Positions 1 to 7,962 of a DNA stretch of 21,637 nt are shown here, piece by piece. Under the pieces are notes generated by a model. That model made no database searches. It was not told the origin of the DNA and worked only from the letters and a program-made list of their open reading frames with translations. Source of the stretch: a virus. The stretch is taken from the IMG/VR virus record IMGVR_UViG_3300037558_003019; one strand, given 5' to 3'. Each line of letters starts with the position of its first letter. Positions within the stretch are counted from its first letter, which is position 1. A program made the position numbers and the translations under genes.

Positions 1-186
1 ATGAAACAGGTTATTGCAACAAGAATGATCGAAGGAGATGACGATATAGACGATGTGATTGTTAATCTTACATTCGAGGAGACTTGTATAACGCTTCACT
101 ACAACGAAACTACGCTTGTTTTCGACGCAAAAGAGCTCATAAATGCGATAGTAAATGCGATCTTGGAGGAGGCTGATGAGCAATGA
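1..186 (+). CDS. Hypothetical protein (61 aa, acidic)
   Basis: ORF overlapping the next gene by ATGA (183-186), same orientation as the operon. No recognisable motif. Confidence 0.6.
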   Translation: MKQVIATRMIEGDDDIDDVIVNLTFEETCITLHYNETTLVFDAKELINAIVNAILEEADEQ

Positions 187-731
187 GCAGGTGGGAAGAT
201 CTCGCAAAAACTCATATCAACAGAGATCCAAATGAATACGACACAGAGTTCATCGTGAAAGTTCAATACGATTCAAAAACGTACAATATACCCATCTCTC
301 GAGCTGAAATTCAGGACACCAGATCTGCAATGTTAGAAGATTTCAAGGAAATTCGTGCTCTCGTGGGCGGAGAATTCTCAGAACTGAGCGATACAGAACT
401 CAGAGCTCTACTTGAATCACTTTCTTTCACAATCTCAGATTACATCGAAAGATATGCGTGGCATAAAGCAAAGCTCATTCACGATATAACTTTGAAATCG
501 AAGATCAGAGAAAATAAAAAACCGAGTGAGAAAAAAGCGGTTAAGAGCGAGAATCTGAAATGCGAGTTTTGTGGTTCCAAGATTTCAAAGAGAGTGATGA
601 ATTACTGTAACGAACATAAAAGCGATTTCGACGGTAAGATTCTCTGCTTTGATTGTCAGAAAACCTATAAAGCGAATAAAGAACCGCTACCAGCGAATGA
701 TGATGATTTTGAAATCCTCAGGGTGGGATGA
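183..731 (+). CDS. Hypothetical protein with C-terminal zinc finger
   Basis: CEFC...LCFDCQK motif near the C-terminus and an acidic tail (DDDFE). Coupled to neighbours and directly upstream of PCNA. Confidence 0.6.
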   Translation: MSRWEDLAKTHINRDPNEYDTEFIVKVQYDSKTYNIPISRAEIQDTRSAMLEDFKEIRALVGGEFSELSDTELRALLESLSFTISDYIERYAWHKAKLIHDITLKSKIRENKKPSEKKAVKSENLKCEFCGSKISKRVMNYCNEHKSDFDGKILCFDCQKTYKANKEPLPANDDDFEILRVG

Positions 732-734
732 GCG

Positions 735-1433
735 ATGCTCATCTCTTCAAATTTTTTCAAACGTCTTGTTAGAGCTGTTTTCAATGCTGGAGTGTATGAG
801 GCGAAAGTCATAATTGCTTCATGGTTTTCAGTTACTGCAGTCAATTCTTCAAATACGATGCTCGTTCATGCAAGAGTTCCGGTTGAGGATAACGATGAGC
901 ATATTGAAGTCGTTCTCGATTTTGGACAGCTTTATGATATTCTTAACGTGTTGAAAAGCGAGAAAATCTCAATTGATATCGAAGACGAGAAGCTTGTTTT
1001 AAGATCAAACAGACTAACATACAGAGTAAAGACTCTCTCTGAAGAATGGAGTAAAGTGAAAAAATATCCAGAGCTCGATTACACCGCAGAGGTAAAGATC
1101 TCTTTTGAGGATTTCAGAGATGCAATTAAATTTTGCGATAAAATAGGAGATCATGTAATTTTCGAGGTTGATAACAAGATATTCAGGATAATCTGCGAAA
1201 GTTATTATCTCGCAGGGGATGGGAAAGCTGAGTTTGAGTTTGAGGGAGGAACTGGAAAAGCATCAGCGAAATACGGGCTCGATTTTCTCAGTAATATTCT
1301 CAGAGGAGGGAAAACTGGAGACGAGATAATCATCAGATTTTCAAGCGATAAACCAGCCGAGTTCGAGTTTATCAGCGACGATTACTTCGAGCTGAGATAC
1401 ATTCTCGCTCCTCGGATTGACACGGAGGTGTGA
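735..1433 (+). CDS. pcn: PCNA-like DNA sliding clamp
   Basis: 232 aa with PCNA hallmarks: TAVNSSNTMLVH, linker YPELDYTAEVKI, SAKYGLDFL, FSSDKP and terminal YILAPRI. Confidence 0.92.
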   Translation: MLISSNFFKRLVRAVFNAGVYEAKVIIASWFSVTAVNSSNTMLVHARVPVEDNDEHIEVVLDFGQLYDILNVLKSEKISIDIEDEKLVLRSNRLTYRVKTLSEEWSKVKKYPELDYTAEVKISFEDFRDAIKFCDKIGDHVIFEVDNKIFRIICESYYLAGDGKAEFEFEGGTGKASAKYGLDFLSNILRGGKTGDEIIIRFSSDKPAEFEFISDDYFELRYILAPRIDTEV

Positions 1434-1436
1434 GCG

Positions 1437-1715
1437 ATGGAAATCCCAGAGCGTCTGAGAATCATATTGGAGATCATCGAAGAACATGGTTATGTCTCTG
1501 GATCCGAAGCTCTGAGAGAGTTTAGAGCAAGAACGATCTATGGAATGGGTAGTCAGAAATTTTACGGTTACCTCGAAGGGTTGGCTGATGCTGGGATCAT
1601 CAAATTAAAGCGAATCGGACAGACGAAAGTCATCTCATTTCCAGATAATGAAGCGAAAGTGAGATTTTCTGAAATTCTGGAGATGGTGAGAAATGGGAAA
1701 AATCTCAAAATTTGA
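1437..1715 (+). CDS. Winged helix-turn-helix DNA-binding protein
   Basis: ILEIIEEHG...GYLEGLADAGIIKLKRIGQTKVI fits the wHTH recognition helix plus wing pattern. Confidence 0.7.
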   Translation: MEIPERLRIILEIIEEHGYVSGSEALREFRARTIYGMGSQKFYGYLEGLADAGIIKLKRIGQTKVISFPDNEAKVRFSEILEMVRNGKNLKI

Positions 1716-1899
1716 TGCTCTTGAATGGGTCCACAGTGTGAAAGAGCACTGCGGATCAACTTTTTATTTCGATGAATTACCTGAAGAGCTCAGAAATAAG
1801 GCGGCACTGATAAAAGCAAGACATATCGGAGCGATAAAGGTGATTGATCGAAGATACATCAGAAGAACTCTGAAAAAACGCTGGAGGATTGTGATATGA
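1693..1899 (+). CDS. Small basic hypothetical protein
   Basis: Overlaps both neighbours. Basic, possibly nucleic-acid binding. Confidence 0.55.
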   Translation: MGKISKFDALEWVHSVKEHCGSTFYFDELPEELRNKAALIKARHIGAIKVIDRRYIRRTLKKRWRIVI

Positions 1900-2465
1900 A
1901 ATCCATTGCACTTTCTGCACCGATCTCAGCACAGATGATCAGTGATGCAAGAGAGAGAGCTCAGAAGCTCGTGAAGATCACAGAGGACTGCACTCCGAGA
2001 TTTCAGACTGATGAGCTCACGAACAAGATGGTCGGGATCATCGGGGAGATGTTCTTTGAGCTCTTCTTGGAAGAGCACGGAGTTCCGTATGAGAAAGATG
2101 ATTTTGAAGATCGTGAGAATCCCAAAAATCCCGATAAATTTGATTTCATGATTGCAGGGAAGAAGATCGATGTGAAGACTGGGCTTTTCAGGCGTGGCGT
2201 TGATATAGTTCTGCATCAGGACTCTGTTGGATTGCTTATTCCGGCGGATCAGTTTGAAGAGAAAGACATTGACATTTACGTTTTTGTTGCAATTGATCAA
2301 AGCGATCTCATTGCACATGTTATTGGCTGGATCCGGAAGCCTCTCGTTCCACTTTACGGATATCTAAGAGAGGATACGAACGTCCTATCGTGGTGCGTTC
2401 CGATCGCTCGCTTGAAGAGGATGGATGAATTTCTGCAATACGTTTCGCTGAGGTGTATGAGATGA
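1896..2465 (+). CDS. PD-(D/E)xK restriction-endonuclease-fold protein
   Basis: GIIGE...DKFDF...IDVKT matches the E...PD...(D/E)xK active-site arrangement. Confidence 0.7.
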   Translation: MKSIALSAPISAQMISDARERAQKLVKITEDCTPRFQTDELTNKMVGIIGEMFFELFLEEHGVPYEKDDFEDRENPKNPDKFDFMIAGKKIDVKTGLFRRGVDIVLHQDSVGLLIPADQFEEKDIDIYVFVAIDQSDLIAHVIGWIRKPLVPLYGYLREDTNVLSWCVPIARLKRMDEFLQYVSLRCMR

Positions 2466-2872
2466 TGAGTGTTTGGGAAAGGGAGATTGAGTTGGAGAAG
2501 AAGTGGATCTTAGAAAATCAGAAATATCATAAAAACGAGAATCCAGCTTTAATTCTCCTCAACGAAACTACAGAGATTTTCAAAGAGTGTATAGAGATTT
2601 TGAAAAAGAAAAATCATGATTACAGACCAAACGAGGATCCATTTGGTAACTTCCGACTCTGTGAGGTCCTCGGGGTCTGTGAAGTAGAAATTGGGATTTA
2701 CACACGTATGCTCGATAAGATGACGAGGATTGCTGCAATCCTCAAGAAAAAAGACACTGCAGTACGAGATGAGACAATTGAAGATACATTAAAAGACCTG
2801 ATAAACTACTCAGCAATTTTACTGTCTTATATCAGGATAAAAACGAGGAAAGGGGACGAGTGGGAGAAATGA
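2453..2872 (+). CDS. DUF1599 / nucleotide-modification-associated domain 1 (MazG-like all-alpha) protein
   Basis: KKNHDY...FGNF...RMLDKMTRI...DETIEDTLKDLINYS is the typical pattern of this family. Confidence 0.75.
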   Translation: MYEMMSVWEREIELEKKWILENQKYHKNENPALILLNETTEIFKECIEILKKKNHDYRPNEDPFGNFRLCEVLGVCEVEIGIYTRMLDKMTRIAAILKKKDTAVRDETIEDTLKDLINYSAILLSYIRIKTRKGDEWEK

Positions 2873-3135
2873 GTTACAATAAGGTACAGATTAATGTCGC
2901 AAAAGAGATTGCTCCAAGACCAAGCTCAAGGGACCTCATAAGGAACTTACTCGAGGAAAAATGTAAAGGTGCAGATTTAATTGTGTTGGATTTCAGTGGT
3001 GTACAATTTGTTTCAAGATCATTCGCTCACGAGCTTCTAATGTACATCAAAAAGAATCCTGATAAAAAACTGTTGTTGTTAAGGATGAATGAGGATGTTA
3101 AAAAGATGGTAGAGCTCGTGAGGAGACAGATATGA
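2869..3135 (+). CDS. STAS-like (DUF4325-type) protein
   Basis: IVLDFSGVQFVSRSFAHEL motif. ATG at 2869 overlaps the upstream stop (the ORF track starts at GTG 2860). Confidence 0.75.
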   Translation: MSYNKVQINVAKEIAPRPSSRDLIRNLLEEKCKGADLIVLDFSGVQFVSRSFAHELLMYIKKNPDKKLLLLRMNEDVKKMVELVRRQI

Positions 3136-3326
3136 GAAATAACTTCATTTCTTTTATTTTTTATCAGCTCTGGGGCTTCGGGGTAACAGCAAGCTTCGGA
3201 TCCGTGCTCATGTTACTCAGGAAGCTGAATCTATCATGGATCCAAGCCGGAATAATTGCATGTTTCACGATCAATTGCATAGGATGGTACCTGTTTGTGA
3301 GGAGGAAGATTGAGGATGAATCCTGA
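3132..3326 (+). CDS. Small membrane protein
   Basis: Two hydrophobic segments in 64 aa. ATGA-coupled to the upstream gene. Confidence 0.55.
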   Translation: MRNNFISFIFYQLWGFGVTASFGSVLMLLRKLNLSWIQAGIIACFTINCIGWYLFVRRKIEDES

Positions 3327-4179
3327 TAAGTTGGTCACAAATTCTCAAAATTTTGTGACCAATTCAGAGATATATAGAGAGATATTGAAGTTGGTCACTC
3401 ACTCACGTGACCAACTGACCAACTTAGATAATAATCTAAATCTATCTGAATTGGTCACAGAACTTCAAAAAATTGTGACCAACTTAAGAGTTGTAAAAAA
3501 CAAAACAAAAGCTGGGATCATCTTCACTCTTCTTCTTACAAAGACGTGTTATTATAGGGCATTCTCTAAAATCTTAAACGCTCATCCAGAACTTCTCAGA
3601 AGATCCATTAACGATCTCCTCAATGTGGAAATCATAGAAGAAGTTCCTCCAAATGAAATGCTCAAAGAGAAAGAAGTCTTCAAAACAGTCATCAGGAAGA
3701 AAACGAAAGCAGGAGAATATCATACAAAGAAAGCAAAGTTTTACCGTCTCACTCCGTTTTACGAGGAGATTTTTTCACGGTTTATAGAGGATCTCTCTTC
3801 AAGTTTAGATGATGAAACTCTTGAAAGAATCTACAACTTCCAGAAGATCATAAGATTGACTCATAAACAAATCGAGAAACAACAGAGGAACAGGAGCGAT
3901 TTATTAGAGAAGAGAATTGAAGATGCAAAGCTGAGAATTCAGAACGCTCTGAAATTATTTAGAGAGCTGAAAACCGATGGGGAGGTTATAGCTGACGGAG
4001 AGCTCAGAAGTCTTCATACTGATGATCTATCACTCTCAATCGTCGGAGTTCTGAATGTCAGAGGAATCTGTTCTGCATGCGGGAGAAGAATTGAAGAGGG
4101 AGAGAAGATCTACTTCTACTTTACACCGCTTGAGGATAAAAAGCTCGTCTTATGTTCAAATTGTTTCGAGGAGGGTTGA
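3316..4179 (+). CDS. wHTH protein with C-terminal zinc finger (candidate replication initiator or regulator)
   Basis: wHTH-like segment (GIIFTLL...LRRSINDLLNVEIIE), coiled coil, and CSAC...LCSNC. The N-terminal LVT repeats are encoded by DNA palindromes. ATG at 3316 (the track uses TTG 3310). Confidence 0.6.
   Translation: MNPDKLVTNSQNFVTNSEIYREILKLVTHSRDQLTNLDNNLNLSELVTELQKIVTNLRVVKNKTKAGIIFTLLLTKTCYYRAFSKILNAHPELLRRSINDLLNVEIIEEVPPNEMLKEKEVFKTVIRKKTKAGEYHTKKAKFYRLTPFYEEIFSRFIEDLSSSLDDETLERIYNFQKIIRLTHKQIEKQQRNRSDLLEKRIEDAKLRIQNALKLFRELKTDGEVIADGELRSLHTDDLSLSIVGVLNVRGICSACGRRIEEGEKIYFYFTPLEDKKLVLCSNCFEEG
3331..3482. repeat. Array of TTGGTCAC / GTGACCAA inverted half-sites with 60-bp period
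   Basis: TTGGTCAC at 3331, 3391 and 3451; GTGACCAA at 3355, 3407 and 3475; an extra TGACCAA at 3416; AT-rich spacers. Confidence 0.9.
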
Positions 4180-4185
4180 TGAGGA

Positions 4186-4377
4186 ATGTCTGATGAAAAA
4201 ATAGAAATCGAGATTGAGAAGCTTCGATTAATTTCAGAATACTACGAATTTCCATTCGCCGTTTTCTTCTTACCGCTGGGAGAACTGAGAAAACTCAAGG
4301 GAAGAACAAGAATGAAAGATCTTCAGAAAGAGTTCGAAAAACTGGATAAAATTAGAGAGATATTGGAGGAGAGCTAA
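4186..4377 (+). CDS. Small hypothetical protein
   Basis: GAGGA RBS and coupling to the ASCH gene. LRLISEYYEFPFAVFF resembles the C-terminal part of Xre-type HTH proteins (weak). Confidence 0.55.
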   Translation: MSDEKIEIEIEKLRLISEYYEFPFAVFFLPLGELRKLKGRTRMKDLQKEFEKLDKIREILEES

Positions 4378-4700
4378 TGACCCTGCTTTTTAAACCCGAA
4401 CACGTGCAACCGATCCTGAACGGAATAAAAACCCAAACCCGGAGAGTGTGGAAAAAACCACGAGTAAAGGTTGGCGGAATCTACAAAGCCAAGACGAAGC
4501 TTTTCAGTAAAGATTACTTCACCATGTTGAAAGTTACAGGGCTCAGAAAAGAGAGGTTAGGAGACATCTCCGAAGAAGATGCATGGGCTGAAGGCGGCTA
4601 TACCGTCGAGGAATTCAGGAAAGTGTGGGAGCGAATAAATGGTAGATGGGATCCTGAGCAAGAGATCTGGGTGGTTGAGTTCGAGGTGATGATGAGGTAA
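4377..4700 (+). CDS. ASCH domain protein
   Basis: GIKTQTRR (GxKxxTxR) motif and LGDISEEDAWAEG. Confidence 0.85.
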   Translation: MTLLFKPEHVQPILNGIKTQTRRVWKKPRVKVGGIYKAKTKLFSKDYFTMLKVTGLRKERLGDISEEDAWAEGGYTVEEFRKVWERINGRWDPEQEIWVVEFEVMMR

Positions 4701-4746
4701 CAAGCGAAATTTTTAAAATTTATAATGTACAATGATTAAGTGTATT

Positions 4747-4974
4747 ATGTTTTCAATAAAGATTGAGGGAATTGCTGGAGTTGCTGCGGCTATAATTATC
4801 GTATTTGCAATATTATGGGCTGTTTTGAAATTCTTTGTCGCTCCACAACTACCATCAGAATTACAATATTTCACATATCAGTTAGCAGGAGCTTTCTTTT
4901 GGATTTGGGCCATCCCATTTATAATCGTGGTAATAATTCTTGTAATTATTAGTCTTCTCCATACTAATTACTGA
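4747..4974 (+). CDS. AT-rich accessory membrane protein (2 TM)
   Basis: Two hydrophobic helices. A TTTTAAAA TATA-like box at 4711-4718 favours ATG 4747 over 4732. Confidence 0.6.
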   Translation: MFSIKIEGIAGVAAAIIIVFAILWAVLKFFVAPQLPSELQYFTYQLAGAFFWIWAIPFIIVVIILVIISLLHTNY

Positions 4975-4985
4975 GGAAAAATCAT

Positions 4986-5909
4986 TTATTTCTCTGTTGA
5001 TAACTCGGAAATATATTTTAATACGGTAGATAAAGTGTAGAATGCATATTCGGCATCAGATCTTAGAGGGTTCTCCATAAGTTTTCCTGTATCTTCTTTG
5101 ACAAACTTATGAAGATGCTGTAGAAGACTGTGTATGGTTTTACCAAGAGCTTTAAGCACATCTTCGTATAGATCTCTCTGGCTCTCTGGAGCTCTGCTAA
5201 TAATATAATCGATTATATCTTCTCTCAGGTTCTCTCTATTTTCTCTCTTCGTGAGGTAATTCATTATTATATTCCTACAGGTCTGCAACACATTTGGATA
5301 ATCTCCTTGTATTAATAACTCTCTTGCTGCTCTCAGCTCTTCAACGCTCTTAACTATATTCTCCTGAGCAATATTTTCGGCTTCAAGAGGGAATGGAATC
5401 TCAACTCTAATTACATCGGTGTATTTAAGATCTCTCATTAGAAGATCCACTTCATCTGAAGTAAAAACAACTAACCCCTCAGTTCGTCCGTATACAGATT
5501 TATAGACAGGTATGTTCGCTCTTGGTATAGCCTGAAGTTTTAAGTCTTTGTAATATATGATATCTGAGTTTACTTCAATCTCCAAAGCAGGTAGCTTATC
5601 TTGGCTCCTGAGTTCGTTGAATATATTGATCAGCTCTTGTGAAACAGGTATCTCAATATGTGTTTTAACTGGAATTTTTGGATCATATACCACTACATTT
5701 GGTCCGATAATGTAGTCAATAAAACCTCTCGGACGCCTCGATCTTAGATCTTTAGAGACTTCATAAAGTGTAACCCTGTATTCCGGAATCACTAAAAATG
5801 GACCCTCCTCAAAAGAATCCCCACTAAAATCTATTTTAATTTCCATCTGTAATATAGGACTTGCACCTACTCTGTGATGAACTTTGTAAGACGCATAATC
5901 GCATTTCAT
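4986..5909 (-). CDS. Accessory (moron-like) protein with a possible HEPN-like helical C-terminal domain
   Basis: Long ORF antisense to its flanks, AT-rich. The C-terminus (ELRAARELL..GDYPNVLQTCR...DAEYAFY) resembles HEPN/Abi-type bundles, but there is no canonical Rx4-6H. Confidence 0.55.
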   Translation of the reverse strand: MKCDYASYKVHHRVGASPILQMEIKIDFSGDSFEEGPFLVIPEYRVTLYEVSKDLRSRRPRGFIDYIIGPNVVVYDPKIPVKTHIEIPVSQELINIFNELRSQDKLPALEIEVNSDIIYYKDLKLQAIPRANIPVYKSVYGRTEGLVVFTSDEVDLLMRDLKYTDVIRVEIPFPLEAENIAQENIVKSVEELRAARELLIQGDYPNVLQTCRNIIMNYLTKRENRENLREDIIDYIISRAPESQRDLYEDVLKALGKTIHSLLQHLHKFVKEDTGKLMENPLRSDAEYAFYTLSTVLKYISELSTEK

Positions 5910-5985
5910 TGCTAATCTTTAGTTTGGGGCTACAAGTGGTATTTATTTTTTCCTCCCAGCTCTTCAGAGAGGTAAAACTAATTGC

Positions 5986-6001
5986 TTTTCGGTATTATAT
6001 A
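5986..6001 (+). promoter_or_regulatory. Putative late promoter, copy 1 (TTTTCGGTATTATATA)
   Basis: Contains TTATATA and ends 24 nt before the terS ATG. The same motif recurs at 10192, 13168 and 19888. Confidence 0.75.
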
Positions 6002-6011
6002 TTCGAATGAA

Positions 6012-6025
6012 TTAATTCGAATTAA
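6012..6025. promoter_or_regulatory. 14-bp perfect palindrome TTAATTCGAATTAA (candidate operator)
   Basis: Lies between the TATA box and the terS ATG. The 12-bp core recurs at 13152-13163. Confidence 0.5.
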
Positions 6026-6448
6026 ATGGCGATAAATCGAATTATCAAGCTCGGCCTCGAAGAAGAGGCACATCGCTTAAAATCCCAGGGCCTCTCTGAT
6101 TATGAGATTGCAAGAAGATTATCAGAACTCTGTGGACAGAAGATCACTCAATCCTCAGTTTGGAGATATTTTAACCAGAACAGAGATGTGGTCCTGAGGA
6201 GAGTTAAACATCGAGAGGAGATCGTTCAGAAAGCGATCAATGGACGGATTGACACCGTAAGACAGCTCCTCGAGATCAATGCTGCAACTCTCGCAATTCT
6301 TGAGGAAGCGAAGAACTCTGGAGATCTGAGAACTGCACTCAGAGCAATCGAGAGAATAGAAAAGCAACTTGAACTTCAAGCGAAGCTCCTCGGGGACATT
6401 CAGGAGGCTCAGACCATAGTCATCAACGTTATGAGGGTGGAATCATGA
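6026..6448 (+). CDS. terS: Terminase small subunit (N-terminal HTH plus helical oligomerisation region)
   Basis: HTH GLSDYEIARRL...VWRY and helical LRAIERIEKQLELQAKLLG. Overlaps terL by ATGA. Confidence 0.8.
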   Translation: MAINRIIKLGLEEEAHRLKSQGLSDYEIARRLSELCGQKITQSSVWRYFNQNRDVVLRRVKHREEIVQKAINGRIDTVRQLLEINAATLAILEEAKNSGDLRTALRAIERIEKQLELQAKLLGDIQEAQTIVINVMRVES

Positions 6449-7644
6449 TCCTTGACTGGAAGCTCACGGATCCACAGTGGAAATTTTTCACGAATGAAAG
6501 CAAATTCAAAGCGTTCATCAGTGGAATAGGTGCGGGGAAAACCACTGTTGGCTGGATGCACGCAATAAAAGAGGCGATAGAGCAACCCAGATCCATCGGT
6601 CTGATTGTTGCTCCAACCTACCCGCTCATCAGAGATGTCATCTGGAGAGAGATGGACCGCTGGGTCCCACAAGAGATCATCTCAAATTTCAACGAGACGA
6701 AGAAGATTCTCAAACTCAAAAACGGTTCTGAGATCCTCTTCCGATCTGCGGACAATCCAAGGCACATTGAACGTTTGAGAGGTCTCTCTATCGCATGGTT
6801 CTGGATTGACGAGTGCACCTTACTTCCTAAACTCGTCTGGGATATCTTGATAGGTAGATTGAGGCAGCCTAGCTATAACTACAGGGCATGGATCACAGGA
6901 ACTCCAAAGGGATTCAACTGGGTGTATGATCTCTTTATTGCGGATCCGATTCCGGAGAGCTTCATCCTCTACAACATTCCAACCGAATCAAACATCTTCC
7001 TCCCAGCTGAATACATCAGATCTCTCAGAGAGCAGTATCAGGGCCAATTTGCACTTCAGGAGCTCGAAGGAAAGTTCGTGAAGTTTGAGGGCCTTGTGTA
7101 TCCCTCATTTAATGTTTCAAAACACGTCACAGCTGAAGTTCCCAAGGAGTTTGACAGGATCCTCTACGGTGTGGATTGGGGTTTCAGAAACCCTGCGTGC
7201 ATCCTCGCACTCGGGATCAAAGGCGAGGAGGTCTTCGTGCTTCAGGAGTATTATGCACCAAAGACAACAGATGATGAGCTTATTGAAATTGCAGATCAGA
7301 TGCAGAAAAAATGGGGGGTGGGAACTTTCTTCTGCGATCCCTCTGAACCCGCATCAATCGAGAAATTCAGGAGGGCTGGGCTGGATGCTGTGAAAGCAAA
7401 CAACGAGATCACTCCTGGGATCAAGGAGGTGACATCTCTCCTTGAGAGCGAGAAACTGAAAGTTCACTTCTCATGCCAGAACCTAATCAACGAGTTCCAG
7501 ATGTATCGCTACGATGAGAACGACAAGGAGGTTCCATTAAAGATCAACGATCATGCGATGGACGCTCTCAGATATGCTGTGATGGGACTCCGCTCATCGA
7601 TTACCCCATTCAAACCAATCGTTCTTGGAGGAAAAATACACTAA
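6445..7644 (+). CDS. terL: Terminase large subunit
   Basis: Walker A GIGAGKT, Walker B WFWIDE, coupling motif GTP, RNase H-like GVDWG and DHAMDALRY. Confidence 0.97.
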   Translation: MILDWKLTDPQWKFFTNESKFKAFISGIGAGKTTVGWMHAIKEAIEQPRSIGLIVAPTYPLIRDVIWREMDRWVPQEIISNFNETKKILKLKNGSEILFRSADNPRHIERLRGLSIAWFWIDECTLLPKLVWDILIGRLRQPSYNYRAWITGTPKGFNWVYDLFIADPIPESFILYNIPTESNIFLPAEYIRSLREQYQGQFALQELEGKFVKFEGLVYPSFNVSKHVTAEVPKEFDRILYGVDWGFRNPACILALGIKGEEVFVLQEYYAPKTTDDELIEIADQMQKKWGVGTFFCDPSEPASIEKFRRAGLDAVKANNEITPGIKEVTSLLESEKLKVHFSCQNLINEFQMYRYDENDKEVPLKINDHAMDALRYAVMGLRSSITPFKPIVLGGKIH

Positions 7645-7678
7645 AAACCTAAATACTTTCAGAACTGTCTAATAAGTC

Positions 7679-7686
7679 TTTTAAAT
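7679..7686 (+). promoter_or_regulatory. TATA-like box upstream of the ORF/tRNA insert
   Basis: TTTTAAAT 26-29 nt upstream of ATG 7705/7708, consistent with a leaderless start. Confidence 0.5.
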
Positions 7687-7704
7687 TCATAATCAAAGAA
7701 ATTT

Positions 7705-7962
7705 ATGATGTCATTCACGATATGTGGAGAGCTCGAAAGAGCAGTTGAAGAGATGACTCGTATTATCAGAGATTTTTCAGAACCCCATCCGAGAGACTCT
7801 CCTGAAGCTCTCATGATTCTCGTTTACCGTGATCCAGAGAGCAACCATAAATTCGTTCTCAAATTTCAGATTCTTTGGAACATTCCGGAGAGCTACAAGA
7901 TGAAGAATAAAGCTTCGGATTTCATGAAGATCTTTCGGGAGTTGTGGCATAGTGCAAATTGA
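7705..7962 (+). CDS. Hypothetical protein
   Basis: ORF with an upstream TATA box, overlapping the next ORF. No motif recognised. Confidence 0.55.
   Translation: MMSFTICGELERAVEEMTRIIRDFSEPHPRDSPEALMILVYRDPESNHKFVLKFQILWNIPESYKMKNKASDFMKIFRELWHSAN

Noticed and set aside
3331-3482. CRISPR array or MITE
   Set aside because: The units are short inverted half-sites within an intact reading frame, with no 24-40-nt direct repeats, unique spacers or target-site duplication.
3931-3965. PIP box (QNALKLFR) linking the wHTH protein to PCNA
   Set aside because: Only one of the two required aromatic residues, and it lies in a predicted coiled coil.
6445-7644. Intein or intron in terL
   Set aside because: The length is normal for TerL and the motifs are contiguous. 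No intein splice motifs.
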